Of a stretch of DNA of 64,000 nt, positions 1-14,016 are shown one piece after another. The position numbers and the translations under genes were made by a program. Every line of letters begins with the position of its first letter. The stretch's first letter is position 1. The stretch is from Vitrella brassicaformis CCMP3155. Lineage: Eukaryota > Protista > Chromerida. The stretch spans positions 62,001 to 126,000 of the forward strand of contig CDMY01000859.1 in NCBI GenBank assembly GCA_001179505.1, read 5' to 3'. Below the pieces are notes generated by a model. The model saw nothing but the letters and a program-made list of their open reading frames with translations, ran no database searches and was not told where the DNA came from.

Positions 1-3000
1 CGAAGTTGGCAATGTCAGGCAACACCTGCACACAAGAACATCGATTGTGTCTCGATTGTCGTGTCTCCCTTGGGGCTACTTCTTTGAGCAGCTTGGCCCA
101 AGTGAAGTCAAATCCCATGGCCCTCATGCCGCCCGGGGCGATGTATGTGGTGGCAGTCTGCTGGTTGAGGTCGTCTATCGTGTTGCACATGTCGTCAAAG
201 TTCGCCTTGATCGGCCCCAGCATGTACTTGGGGATCAGCACCTTCCTGAGACACACAGAACAGGAAGGGCACGGATGTGGGCAATTGGGTAAGCTGTAGG
301 TAGGGAGTGGGCGTCGCTTCTTGCCTGATGGTGGTCATGTATAGTTCCCAGAAGGCGACGATGTACTCTGCGGCCTTCTCCTGTGACAGCATGTAGGTCT
401 TGCAGGTGCGGTGGAACATTTTCTTGTCCTTCGTGTAAGGAACCTGACAGGCACCACAGCAGTGAGATGTTTTATGAATGGCTGGCGGCTCCAATGACCC
501 CCTACGCTTTTGGCGGTGGCTGCGATGAGGTTGGCCCACCCGTCTGTGGGCATCTCCAAAGCGGTTGGCCGCTCAAGGTGCAGCTCATTCACCCTGCAGC
601 CATGGCAGACCTCATTTCCGTGTCTCGTGTGTCTCCATGTGTCCATGCATGTGTCCATGGATCGATCTCACTTTGAGAGTATTTTGTGCCTCGTGACGGC
701 GTTGGCCCCCTGCTGCTTGAGGTAGTGGTCCACTGACCGCACCCACTTCTGGTTGGTCCGCGTCAGACGACCCTGAAGACCAACCACAACAGACATGACC
801 AGCGAAGCGTCGGACCAGGCATGGATCCACCTGTGCGGCGTTCATGAAGTCGAGATAGCGCTTTGTCCATGCCTCGTTGGCGTCCTTCGATGACAACTAC
901 AACCACACCCAGAAGAGACACATTTGTTAGCTGACTATCTACGGCAGGCGCCAGTCCTCACCTTAAGAAACTCCTGCAGCTCTCGCATCCCCTCCCCTGG
1001 ATTCTCCTCACGAATCTCCTTGACCCCACCTACAGATCCAGGACAGTCTTATAATTCAGGGCGGCTGTTTGTTCACACCTTCGAGTTTTAGGAGGTTGGT
1101 TGCTTCGTCCCTCGTGGGCAGTCCCATTGCCACCTCGTCGATCTTATGCCCGCAGTCCTCATAGTACGCCGCGAAGACGCTTCTCAACTGATCCAGATTG
1201 ACGCCCTCGGCACCTCCCGACGGACCATGTTCAAAGGAATCCAGCTCCTGCAGGAAGACAGGAACAAGCTTACTCAACACGTATCTATGACAGGATCCAC
1301 GTGCATACTTGAATGAAGTTCTCGAGCTGCTCCTTGAGACTCCCCATGAACTTTACCACCGACCGGGGGAGCATCTTCACATAGGGCTGCAGCAGACAAG
1401 AAAGAGCGCTTGGAGGAAGGCGGAATCAGTGCGTCTCTGTGATGTCCTTCACCAGACCTGTTTCAAGACAGAGCTTGCGAGGGCATCGCTGATCTGGCCC
1501 ATCAACCTACACCACCACCGACATGAGTGATCCGCGTAAGTATGTGTCTCCGGTGGCCCTACTGGCATTCCTTCATGGCCTCGTTCCACTTCCTCGGTGT
1601 CATCATTTTAACGGCCCGAGTCCAGTGGATGCCATACAGAAACGCGCATATCTGACCTGTGCACATGCACACGTGAGCAAATATGAAGAGCCAGCAGCTA
1701 AGTGTCTCTGTGCCTTCGTCTTACCGAACCACGGTTTCTTGGAATATTCCTTGAACAGGTTCTTCTGCACCTTTTGCCCGCAGTATTGGCCGTACACACC
1801 CTGCACACATGAATGAACCCAGTTCAGGAAAGAAGCATCAACTTATCGCTGCACTTGGCGTACCAGCAGCGAGATGGATGCAGCCGTCGGGATGACGTGG
1901 TCGGGGCCCACAATGATTTCCCTGAATGACCCAGAACGGCCAAGGTCCCTCTTCTTCCCAACGACCCGTATGTTGCTTTGCTCACTTGAAGAAATCGAAC
2001 TGCTGCTCACGAACCCTGTTGCATCCCTGATCAGCCGCAACGGACAACAACGATCTCGATTCGCTGTCTCTCGAGTGCCGTGAGCTCACGTCTCTGAGGC
2101 CGTTAAGACAAAAGAAGTCGTTGAGCTGGTCAATCTTGTTGGCCACAATCCAGATGTCATTCGGCTGAAGAGTCCCATTGGCTGAGCAGAACAACATGCA
2201 TCATTGCAGACGCTCTTTCTGCGACACTTGTCCCTCATGTTTACCCAGACAATCCTCTAAGACGGAGCGTAGAACACCAGCCGCCTTGTGACGACTCGCA
2301 TCCACCTGAGTAGAGAGCTTCTAATGCAATTCGCCCTCTCTAGTCTTTGGCTCGCTGTGCTCACCACGGCAAGGACGCCGTCGGCCCTCTTGAGGTGGTT
2401 GCGCATGAGGAGGTCCAGGTCATGACCCTGCCAGATGCTCAGGTCCGGCGACGGCAAGTCCACCAGCTTCAACGTGCCAACCTCGGCCAAATCATCTGTT
2501 CACACAAGAGCGAGGCGCCCACACATGGGCTCATGTATCCATTCATTTGTCGCCAGGCCAACCGTCGAGTGACGAGAGACACGGGAAGGCGGTGTCGACT
2601 CTGAGGGTGAGCGAGGGGTCAGTGAGCAGCCGAAGCTCCTTGGCGTCAAGCACCTCCAGCTGACGACCCATGTACACCAAATGCTGCACAAATATACACA
2701 GACATATGACACAGCCCGGCGTTGCCCTTCCAGTGCATCGAGCACATTGGCGCGTTCAATCTCGCGTGTAATTTCCTCGAAGCCCTCGACTGTCTGTCCC
2801 CAGGGACCACTGCGCACACAAACACAGAAACGTCGGAAAATCATCAAGTCCTCTCAATCTGTGCCAAAGTCGGTCACCTCAACGATGCAATCAGCGCTTG
2901 GTCAGAGGTAGCTTCGCTGGCCAGTTTTACCCGCACCTTCTGTGCCCATCCTTGAAGCGCCTCAGCGAGTGTGTCCGGCATGATTAGCCGTGGAAGGGCG

Positions 3001-4492
3001 AGATGTGCTGTGTGCGTCCACTCGATTGTGAGGGCAGAAGGGGTGCTGGTTGGGAGGCAGGGGAAACCCGCCAACGCTTGCGCAACGGTTGTCTTCCCTA
3101 GAGGCACAGAGAAGGATGTATGTGTCTCATATCTTGCCTTTTGTTCCCTCCTTTACCGGCCTGTGCAGGTCCAAGCACCAGCAGGACCGCTTCCAGGTCG
3201 TGAAGACGCCTTGCGAAGTCCATTATGCGACGTGCATGGGCAGTGGCGAGGTTCTCCTCCGCTCCAACCTGTCGATAGATAGACCACAGACAGACAGAAG
3301 GCTACTTGAATGCTATCAGTGGTTCTTCGTGAAAGGTGTGCCGTCTGTCTGTCTGTGTGCGAATGCCTGTCTGCCTGTATCGGTTGGAGACACTCGGCTG
3401 CCACTTCAAGGGCCTCCAAAGCGGAGTTGAACAGGCGCAAAATGATCTCCTTCTGAGACAACGATGGCACGGCTGAATGAACAGCGCAAACATACAGACT
3501 CGTAATTGTGGGCCCAACTCTACGTCCCATATTTCATCTCCTTGTTACATGGCACCGGTGCCTGCTCCTCTCCTGCAAGGCTGTTTCGACGACTCACAGC
3601 AGCTTTGATCAGATCGATCTGCGCCTGGTTTTGCGCGATGTAATCACCGACCGTCGATGACACCTCGTCTGTAGTGAAAAGAATCCAAAGAGACATCAAG
3701 CGCGCAGGTGATCATTTCTGCATGGCTGCGCACCTTTGTCGGCGGGCTCGCTCTTGCGATCGGACACTGCATCCTCCGGTGCCTCGCTCGCTATCTGAGG
3801 ACCGCTGAGGATCTTCTTCGCAACCATATTGCCGCCGTCACTGCACGCTCGAAGTGTCGCTGAGCAACAGAGCAAGAGGCAACATAATGTGAAAGGGCGT
3901 GACCATATTCACTGCTGCTGACCTTTCGCTGCAGCCGAGAAGTCGCCGCTTCTTTCTTGCAATTTACTGACCAAGTCGGACTTCATCGCTTCCGCCGGCA
4001 ACAGCTGGTCCGGGTCGACACCCCTCTCCAGCAGCTGGACCAGCACATCTTGAGGGCCGCACCCTGACGCATGGCCACTCGGGCTCACTTTCCACAGCGT
4101 CAGCAGAGACTTGTCTTCCAGCGCTTTGAACGACTCCACCCAGGGGGCTGATACACAGAGAGATGAACACACATGAGAATGTAGTTGACCTTCCTTCAGG
4201 TTTGTGCGAGTCTCGGCTTGCTTGACGACAGCAACACGGCGACGCAGTTGAGGATCTGTTTTGAGAATTTGGGCTCCTGCTTGAACAGAGTGAGCAGGAA
4301 CTTCCAGACCAGCTGCCGCGTGGAGTACTCGATGTTGTCGATGAGTTCCACCTGCTTCTTGACATCGTTGATTCCCCTCTTCAGGTTGGTGAAGACGGTG
4401 CCGCAGTCCTCCATGAACCGCTGCTTCTTGTCGCCCATGATCTTCTCCACGCTTGGCAGCGCGTCACGCAGCCGCTTCGACCTGTCTGCCAT
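1..4492 (-). CDS. Multi-exon dynamin-like (Dynamin_N-type) P-loop GTPase; 3' end runs off the window start
   Basis: Splicing a phase-1 intron joins ...VLLVLGPAQA and GKTTVAQALAGFPCLPTS into a G1 motif GPAQAGKT (~3150/3097). Later exons give LKLVDLPS (G3-like, ~2460), RADGVLAVVS and IWIVANKID (G4, ~2140). Helical exons flank the GTPase domain. Start MADRSKRL at 4492. Confidence 0.75.
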
Positions 4493-4800
4493 CTTGCTGA
4501 CCGATGAACAAGGACGGGGCGAGGAGGGCTTTTCTGCTGACGTCTGCTGATGCCTCAAGGACGGCCTCCACGACAGAAAGCGCAAGGGCAACCGTCAGAT
4601 GAACAAGCAGCCCCACAAGAGTGACCAACCACCGTTTTCACCGCTCAGCACCCGATTTCGCCACCTCAGTCGTGCTTGTAGGTCTCCACAAAAGACGTAG
4701 ATGGCTCAGACGGGCGAGGGCCTTGGGAAATGAGATTCGACAGGGAAAGCTCGCCAGCGAGCTAATCGGCGTCGAGAATCTCTCGGAGAAAAGATCAGTG

Positions 4801-5910
4801 ATGATCAGCGAGGAGTCGTTCTGGACCGAGGAGAAGGACGCGCCCCTCCTGAACCGCAATGCCGACCACCTCACCCACGCATCTGCCGAGAAGGCAATGC
4901 AGCGCGCCAAGGGATGGGTGGATCTGGTGGAGGAGGGCAGCAGCACCGAGGTCGACATGAGTGCCACATGCACTGACGAGGCCTCCCTCCGCATCTTTAA
5001 ACTCGACGCTGAGAGGACGTTCAAGTCGCCCGCGCGTCGAGAGGCGATGGTGGATGTGCTCAAGATCCTTCACTCGTCGGTGCAGGACTACCACCAAGGG
5101 CTCGGCTACATCGTGTCATTCCTCCTGCTGCTGCTGCCCAAGGAGGAGACCGTGCGGCTGTGCCTCAACCTGCACCGGAAGGACAAGTACGTGCCGGGCT
5201 ACTGGAAGGCCGCCCCGCCCGCATTCGTCCGCGACGCCAAGGTGTACCAGAAGATCACCGCCCACTACTTTCCCCAAGTGGCCGAGCACACCACCAAGCT
5301 GTGCGTGGTGCCCGAGGCCTACGCGCAGAAGTGGCTGGTGGGCCTGTGCATCCACGTGCTGCCCTTCCGCGCCCTGTGCGACTTCCTCGAGGCCTTCTTC
5401 AACAAGGGCGTGGAGTTCCTCTTCCAGTTCACCCAGGGGCTGATCAAGACGATAGAGGGTGACCTGCTGGCGGAGAAGGACGTGTCCAAGGTGCTGGCCA
5501 TGCTGCGGCTCGACGCGTCCATCTATGCCGACGACAAGACAGCCGCGGGAGAGGACAAGACACCGGGCTCCTTCTTCGGCCAGATAGTGCAGGAGGCCAT
5601 CAATTTCGACCTCAGGTGAGCCAACACAGAGAGAGAGGAGCATTCATGGGTGGAAATGTGTTGGCTTGTGTGTCGTGTGTGCAGCGAGGTGTCGATCGAT
5701 GCGTTGCGCGCCGAGGCGATGGAGGAGATGAAGATCGAGGAAGAGAGGCGCAAGAAACGAGACGCAGAGGTGCGCACCAACGAAGAGCGATGCCCAGGCA
5801 GTGACGATGGGATGATTGCGGGGCTGCTGTGTTGTGTTGTGTTGTGTTGTGTTCAGTTGGACGAAGAGGATGACGAGATCACATTCAGCGACGAAGAGGA
5901 CGACGGCTAG
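4801..5910 (+). CDS. Rab-GAP TBC-domain protein, 3 exons (4801-5615, 5685-5769, ~5857-5910)
   Basis: IFKLDAERTF (IxxDxxR arginine finger) and DYHQGLGYI (YxQ glutamine finger); canonical GT-AG introns; acidic tail ending in TAG at 5910. Confidence 0.9.
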
Positions 5911-5994
5911 CGCTGACGGCTTGTCATGCTGCTTGGACGTGGGGGATGGAGCCCATTCCTCACGGCCATGTTGGCCGCAAAGCTGACGGACTTG

Positions 5995-7480
5995 TGTGTG
6001 CGCGCATCATTTGTACAGACAAACTACTGACTAGGCTTTGTGCGTGTCTGAGCAAAAGCATCAGTGATCTTGATCGAGTAGACTTGATCGAGTTCAATAA
6101 GTCGATATACCAGCTGTGTTCGTCCATCGATTCGTCCATACCATCCACACACCCGTGCATGTCACCGGCCAGCCCACACACTTCAAGTAGATGGGCGTGT
6201 GTAGAACTAGTGGCCATGGCTCGTACCCACCACAGCAGAGCCATTCATTCAATGGTCCAGGGAGGAGTGCTTCGGCTGGTCCACAGCCCGACACGATAGA
6301 GGAGGACGGTCCTCCTTGCGGAGCTGATGATGCTCAGTCAGCTCAGGCGATGCGATGCCGCCCACCAGTTGGCGGCCACCTGTGTTGCCGTCCGAGGACA
6401 GCCAGCAGACGGACAGACAGACAGGATGGATGCCGTCCTTCATTAATGCATTCACTTCAAGCTGCCATCTGGTGAGTGAGCCACACATACATAGGAAGAG
6501 GGGATGGCTAAAGGCAGATAGGATGGTGGGTGATGTGTGTGCTGGCTTGTTTGTCGTTGTGTGCAGCGCAGCGACGTGAACATCGATCTATCTATCGACA
6601 TGAGGAACGAACAACGCGAGCAGCCAGAGAGAGGTGCGTCCAGAGCTACGGGGCTGGTTGGATTGGGTGCGTGCAGGGAGCGAATCTTGTTGTGTTGTGG
6701 TGTGTGGTGTGGTGTGTTGTGGTGTGTTGTGGTGTGTTGGTGTGGAATTCAGATGCCACTCACTATTCGGCCAGCGAAAGGCAGACGGCGCCAGCGGGCG
6801 GGGAGGGATTGCCTGTATGTGTGTGAGCGTCTGAGTGTGTGTGAGCGGTTACGATGGATTGATGGGTGGATGGTGTGCTGCGACTTGGCAGGCAGGCCGG
6901 CATGGATGCTTTGCGAGTGTGTCGATAGATAGATAGTGTGACCTTTGATCCATCCAAGGTCACATCCATCTATCCGAGTCAATGGTCCGTCCATCCATCT
7001 ATCAACACGCATGCAGCCATCCCATCCCATCCACAAATCACGTACGTGTCAGCTAGACATCCAGCCAGCCAGACAGACAGACAGACAGAGACAGGCAAGA
7101 GAGATGGCCACGCCATTCATTCAACTCGAGGGCATCAGCCGGTCGTCTAAGCGTGAGCAAGTTGAAAGAGCAAGGGGCAGGGAAGTGTCGTAGGTAGATG
7201 TGTGTGTATGGTCGTACGCCGCCGGACGGTTTAGCTTTAACCACACACACACACACACACACAGAGCACGCATCATGTGTGCAGAAAAACTACTGAGTAG
7301 GCTCTGTGCGTGTGAGTAGAAGCTTCAGTGGTCTGACGTGAATGCCATGCCGGTGGACTTGATCGAGTTCAATAAGTCGATATACCAGCCGTGTTCGTTC
7401 ATCGATTCGTCCATACCATCCACACACCCGTCCGTACGCACCTGCCAAAGTACACACCTTCAAGTACATGGGCGTGTGGA
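5995..7480. repeat. Diverged ~200-bp direct repeat (~6000-6200 and ~7270-7480)
   Basis: Both copies share GACTTGATCGAGTTCAATAAGTCGATATACCAGC and CATCGATTCGTCCATACCATCCACACACCCG. Confidence 0.8.
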
Positions 7481-9039
7481 GGCGGTGGTGCGGGGATGCT
7501 GACTAGGCTATGTGCGTTGATTCAGTCAGGTCAGATCACAGTCCGAGAGAGTTTGCCGCTAATCAACACAGACACACATACGGGCTTTCCGCCCCTCCAT
7601 CTATCTCATCCACCCGCCCGTATGTGTGTTGCGGGGCAGCAGAGCCATTCATTCATCGAGAGAACCAAGTGTTTGCACTGATCACACATGCAAAGTCATC
7701 TATCTCGCATCGATGAACGCACCTCGCCAAGTCCCTTTCCCTCGTCAAGTTACTAAGCCATGGGTAGCCCCACGCAGGCCTCCTCGTGTGTCTGTGTGTG
7801 TGCCTGTGCTACCTCTCTTGCGCACTTACCTGAGTGCTTTGCCGCCACGCCAGCCGACCTGCAGAGAAACACAATGACACAAGCCGACACACCAGAACAT
7901 GCCAGCAGCACGAGAAGTTGAGCACGAGTCACACACACACACACACACAGCTGATCATGGGGTGATGGGGTGAGTACAGCTGATATATGCTGGGGCCAGC
8001 AAAATCTGTCTGCGGAGAGGGCTCCTGTCTGTCTGCGGCAAAGTGAGTCAGTCAGCTCTGGCGGAGGAACTGATTGCACTCCCGCAAAGGGCAAAAGACC
8101 TGCGTTGTTGCAACGCGCCTGGTGTGTGGAGCGAGTGTGACGCCCGCGTGGATGGCTGGCTGCCTGGGAGGTAGTAAATGATCCTTACACACACACAAAC
8201 ACATGCGGACACACACGCACATTGACGTACGTACCATCACGAGAAAGTCAGTGAGTGAGTCATGGACATATATAATGGCTGAGTGAGTGAGTGAGTGCAT
8301 TGCATGCATCGCTGTACACACCCAAGTGAGTCACACACGGAGGTATGGTGGCGGCCACATGCACCGATCCCATCAATGGACACGCACGCACACACGCAAG
8401 TATGCACACACACAAGCCAGCACACACCACGCAGCCAGCAACCATGTGTGTCTAGGCCGGGGGGTGGAAACACTGCACTGCGCAAGTCAGTCTGCCCGTG
8501 GCAGCGACATCGGCTCGCTTTGCGAGCGTCAGTCGCGGGCAGGGAATGCACCACACTTATAAATACACAGCAACGGAGGCAGCCAATCACATCCATGGAA
8601 AAGAGCCGCTCTCTCTCTCAGCGACACACGGACCCCACATACGAACAGCCAGACGACTAGAGGCGAAGGCATCCATCCCAGCATCCATCCATCCATCCAT
8701 GTATAGTGCCATGTCTGTATCCCCTGGTGCACTGGGTGGGTGGGTGCTGTCCCGATCGCCCGTTTGTGTGTCAGCCGGCAGTCCGCCCGTGTCGTATGTC
8801 GTCAACCTGACCACACACAAAGGGGCAAGAGAGAACAATATGTGTGTGAGGGTATTCGTCCCACATGAGCGTGTGTGTGCAAGCACACCTGATGTGCCTT
8901 TGTTGGGTATCGAGAGGCCTCTGATCAACAGGCCTCCCGACAACAGAATTTATCGAGAAGAACGTCTGAAAGCGGGACCAGAAGACATGGTCTGATCTGA
9001 TCTGATCTGTGTGAGTGGGTGTGGGTGTGTGTGCCAGCT

Positions 9040-10870
9040 CGGCTGCTCACCAGTTTGTGTGGTCCGGTGGGTCGGGGGATTATAGGTAGGGAAGGTAGTG
9101 TGGTGGTGATGGCTTGACTACGGCTTCGTTACGCAGCTGCACACCAGCACCCACACACACATCCATGGGATGCACTGCAATGTGTGTGTGTGTGTGTGTG
9201 TGCTCCCAGTACCCTCGTGTGCTCGCACCGTACCTCTATCGAATCGCATGCCGTGGCGATGTTTCGGGTCAACGTCTTTCGGTCGACAAACAGGACGCGT
9301 CCCTGGAGGGCACCCAAACAGATCAGGCAGGCCTGCAGACAATGCCTGGTGTGGGTGTGTTGTTGGCAAATTGCTGGCTGCTCACCGATGGATGGGCACG
9401 CTGAGGTCGAGGGAGGCGTGGCGTGTTTAGGGACGGCCGTGTGTGGGGATGAGACAGTGTGTCTGTCTCTGTGGCCCCCCTCGTCAAGGTGTTCAAGACC
9501 ACTCACTCACTGAGGAGTGCGCGGCTTACTAACCTGCAGACACACAGCACATCGGTGGTTGGGTGTCTGTTCGTCTGTGTGTCTGTTCGTCTTTGCCATC
9601 CGGACATACCGAGACGAGGAGGGCCCTCGAGTCAGCCAACAAAGTCGTCCATTAGTTGACGTGACGGAAACGGCCGATATAATCTAATCGCCTACACGTG
9701 GAGACATGGGTCGATGGACACATGAGCGGGCTGTCTCCTGTGTGTTTGTGTGTGTGTGTGTGTATGTGACCGCCCGACTGCTGGCTGCTCACCAGTGGTG
9801 GAGTGACGTCCGCACAAGAATGCGTCGCTCGATGGATGAATGGCTTCTTCGCTACCCATGAGAGACACGCAAGATGGCTTCACCCACTATGGCTTCGTTG
9901 CGCTGCACGCCACCACAAACACCCACAGATGCGACAATGTATTGGTTTCTGTCGTCTGTTCTGTGCTCCATCGGACTCACCATGCGTTGATATCTGGGCA
10001 TATGGATGTATATACTTGGCGGATATGAGGGCGTCGAGGAGACGTGGGGCGTGTTTAGGGACGGCCGTGTGTGTCACCGTGTGTGTGGAAGACAGGCAGA
10101 CACACTGTCTGTCTCTGTGGGCCCCCTCGTCAAGGTGTTCAAGACCACTCCACTCACTGGGGAGTGGGCGGCTTACTAACCTGCACACAAAGGAGACAGA
10201 AAGGTCGACCGATGTCTCCCTCTGTCTGTCTGTCTGTCTGTCTGTGATGAGCGGCATATTGGTGTATGCGTAGGTACTTACCCAGACGAGAAGGGCCCTG
10301 AGGGAGCGGCCTGGGGTGGCGGGAGAAGGACACAGCGATGGCGAAGAACAGCTGCCGTCCGGCCAAATAAAGGCGAGCGTCCCGAAGGAATGACTTGCCA
10401 TAGCCGAGCGGCAGCCGATTTACGCCCCTCCGCGAAGGTAGCCGCTCTCTTGTAGATGGCCAGAAGGAGGGCAAAGCAGCGGCGGCCTTCAAGAATGCCT
10501 GAAAGCCAACAGGCACATTTGTGTCTGGTATGGTCTGGTGTGGTTGGGTGGGGGGGTGGTTGATTGCTCACCGACAACTGCAGCTGGCAGGGCGTGGCGT
10601 TATCCGTGTGTTTGTCGTTTGTTTCATGGCTTCGTTGCGCATGTGTCGTGACACCTGCACACACCCACACACACACATTGCACATTGCGTGTGTTGACTC
10701 CCAGCATCCCTACCTCTGTCGTAGAATCTGTTGTATAAAGCCGTCGCGCCAATGGAACTTCGGCCGGTATACGCCACTGCAGAGAAGACAAACAGAAGGA
10801 GGTGAGATTGATGGCGTCCTGTCGGCTGTTCTGTGTTGTGTCGGACTCACCGTTGGTAGATAGAGGACGG
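9040..10870 (-). pseudogene. Degenerate, internally repeated small-exon module (2-3 copies), product unknown
   Basis: Blocks GCGTGTTTAGGGACGGCCGTGTGTG and CCCTCGTCAAGGTGTTCAAGACCACTC...GGCTTACTAACCTGCA recur at ~9420-9540 and ~10050-10185; GGCTTCGTT at ~9122, ~9891 and ~10628; TCGGACTCACC donors at ~9970 and ~10840. An exon-like stretch lies at ~10280-10500. Confidence 0.3.
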
Positions 10871-12288
10871 TCGTGAGCTCGCCCTCGAGGATGGGCATGT
10901 GTGTGTGGGTGGGCGAGAGAGACGATCGTCTGAGCCATCCGTTCTCGATGGACGGGATACGGCCAAAACGGCCTTCCCCCGCCCATCGTGGGCTGGCTCG
11001 GACGGCGGACTGACATGGCCCACCTGCCAAGGCACACACACGAGACACACGTGAGCCCACCGATGGGCACTGCCTGGCTGAGTCCAGTGCCCGCTCACGT
11101 ACCCTCTTCAGGTCGCCTCGCCCGTATCATCCCGCCTCGGCTCGGTAATTGGGTACACATGTTGTTGTCGGGCCCCTCGACAGCGATGGAATGCGCCGCG
11201 CCTCTTCGGCTCGGGGAGGGCGCTTGCCGAGTCGAAACCGTCGGCTGCTCCGGCGCCGCGCTCGTGGCAGCATCCACAGTGTCCAGCCCGTCTCCCAGCC
11301 AGCAGCCGTCAGATGCACGGAGGCAGCCAAAGGGGGCGTCGCCAGTCAGAGGTGGGCGGCTTTGGTGAGGTGAAATGAGACAGAAAGCACCTGAAGGACA
11401 CGACAAGTGGATCCATAACACACACATCGACTGGTCGGTGGCGGGCGCACCTCTTGCTCTTGTGCGTGTGGGGGGGCTGGTGGGGGGCGGGCGGGGCGGA
11501 TAGCAGGAATAGCTAGGAATGTGTGTGGAGGGGCATCTGGGTGAGTGCATCGAGGGCAACAGAGAGACACACGAGCCATGCACGAGTGTGGGTGGGGTGG
11601 GGGGAGGGGTACCCATTCACTCACCGCTGTGGTATAGCGGGATATATACATACATGGGGGTCGGGCGGGGCTTCGCTAAGTCAATACATAAGTGTCATCT
11701 GAAGTGAGGAAACATTGACTTGACGTTGATGGGCTCTTCCGTGTGTATATGTGTGTGTGTGTCGATTGCCTGACTGAGAGCTCACCTTTGATGGACAAGT
11801 AGCAGACTGCACACACCGACAGACAGACAGACAGACAGACAGAAAGAACGTGTCAACAGTGGCGCTGCACTGCAAGCTCTCTGCCTGCCTGCCTGCCTGC
11901 CTGCCTCAACTAACTTACCTTTGGTATCTGTCAAGGTCGTTGAGTTGTTGACCGGGGTAGACAGGGGTCGGTCGGGCGGGGCGGGGCGGGGCGGTCATTT
12001 GGGGGTGACTACAGTGTGTGTACTTTGTGGCGGCTTCGTTGACAATGAACTACTATGTGTAGTCAGCCTAAAAAAGAAACGAAGGCACGAACAGCAGCAA
12101 GACTCAGGTGATTGGTAAGTAGACTAACGACTTGTTGGGCTGGCTGACATCTCATTCTCTCACCCTGGGTGAGTCGAGTAGGGCGGGGGTCCGCGGCTCA
12201 GCACACGCGGGCCAGATCAGTGCAACGGTACTGTATATATGGTGGTGGCTTCCTCCTGGCACACACACACACACACAGACACACACAG

Positions 12289-12329
<41 letters not shown>

Positions 12330-13446
12330 CGAGCACAGCGGTTCGATCCACACGGCTGGTCGGTCGATCTATCTGTGTGCGAACCTTACTTACCGGTAGG
12401 GCCAGTGGGCTGCTTCAGGTAGGTGCATATCTGTTGGCTTCGTTAGTTAAGCATTACACAACTGAGGGAGAAAGGAGCCACCCAGACATCACAAAGGTGG
12501 ATGGACCGGCTGGCATCTATCTCACTCACCTTGGGTGAATGGCGGCGTCCGCCCCTCGGCACTCGTGTTCCCGATGAGTGGCTCGCTTCCTTTGTTGTGT
12601 TGTGTGGGCTGCGGGTGCAAAGCCCACCTGAAAAGACCTGCACACGTCAGTCAGCGCCACACACATCACATCCCTCCATGTACACGTGGCCCTCCGCCTG
12701 CCCGTCAGTCTCGCCATGACGTCAAGACACTTACCAGTCGGGGTAAATGGACCGCAGCGAACGGAGGAAGACACGGACAGACCAGAAGGGGCGATCGATC
12801 GGGAGCAGCCTCACCACTGCACACCTGAGGCGCACACAGACAGACAAAGCAGTGGATGACCGACAGGTGTCTTGATGTGGTGCGTGTGTGTCGTCGTGTC
12901 GTGCGCACCAGGGTCAGGTGAAATGGCCAGCAGATGGATGGATGGATGGACAAGTGGACAAGTGGACGGACCATACATACACACGCCAGCCAGCCAGCCA
13001 GCCAGCCAGCCAGTTAGCCAAAACTCACCCCGATCGGACGGACACACACGCCCTCAAGACACTTACAAACCTCAGCCAGACGAAGAATAGCTCAGGCTCA
13101 CCGACACACACCCACCCGCCACCAGCCATCCGCAGACAGACATGCAGCAGCGCCCATCCACACACACGCGGCCGCCACCATACCAAAAATAGCACTGAGA
13201 CATGAATGCACACATCAGCCTCACAGGAAAAATAGCACTCAGACACGAATGAACACATCAGCCTCACAGGGGCGGGCAGGCAGGCGGGCAGGCAGGCAGG
13301 CAGGCAGTAGTATACACTGGTGTACAGGTAGGCTTTTTTTGGGTGCTTGGGCTTTTCTGTTGTTTTTGGCTTTTCTCCCCGCTCGCTGCCTCGTCTGACC
13401 TCCGCTGGCGAAAAGGAGAACAAAGGCAGCCACTCGCCCCCCCCCC

Positions 13447-13746
13447 NNNNNNNNNNNNNNNNNNNNNNNNNNNNNNNNNNNNNNNNNNNNNNNNNNNNNN
13501 NNNNNNNNNNNNNNNNNNNNNNNNNNNNNNNNNNNNNNNNNNNNNNNNNNNNNNNNNNNNNNNNNNNNNNNNNNNNNNNNNNNNNNNNNNNNNNNNNNNN
13601 NNNNNNNNNNNNNNNNNNNNNNNNNNNNNNNNNNNNNNNNNNNNNNNNNNNNNNNNNNNNNNNNNNNNNNNNNNNNNNNNNNNNNNNNNNNNNNNNNNNN
13701 NNNNNNNNNNNNNNNNNNNNNNNNNNNNNNNNNNNNNNNNNNNNNN
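13447..13746. other. Assembly gap (300 N) flanked by poly-C
   Basis: N run with C homopolymers on both sides. Confidence 0.99.
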
Positions 13747-14016
13747 CCCCCCCCCCCCCCCCCCCCCCCCCCCAGCAGCCTGTGGCAGGGTGTGCTATCT
13801 ACCTACTGACTGCACACGGTAGTCGTCTGTCTGTGGGGTGTGTGGTCTGTGAGGGTGTCTGTGTGTGTGTGGCGGCTGTGTCACCTCCCCCCATCATACC
13901 ACGTCGGTGTGGTCGGTGTGTGTGTCTGTGTGTGTGTGGCGACTCTCTTATCACTCACAGCAGCAAGCGGCAGCAGCACCCTCTCGCTCACTCACGGCAC
14001 CAGCTATCTCTCTGAC

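Noticed and set aside
13343-14015. ORFs spanning N runs (also 50329-52929)
   Set aside because: Open only because assembly gaps contain no stop codons.
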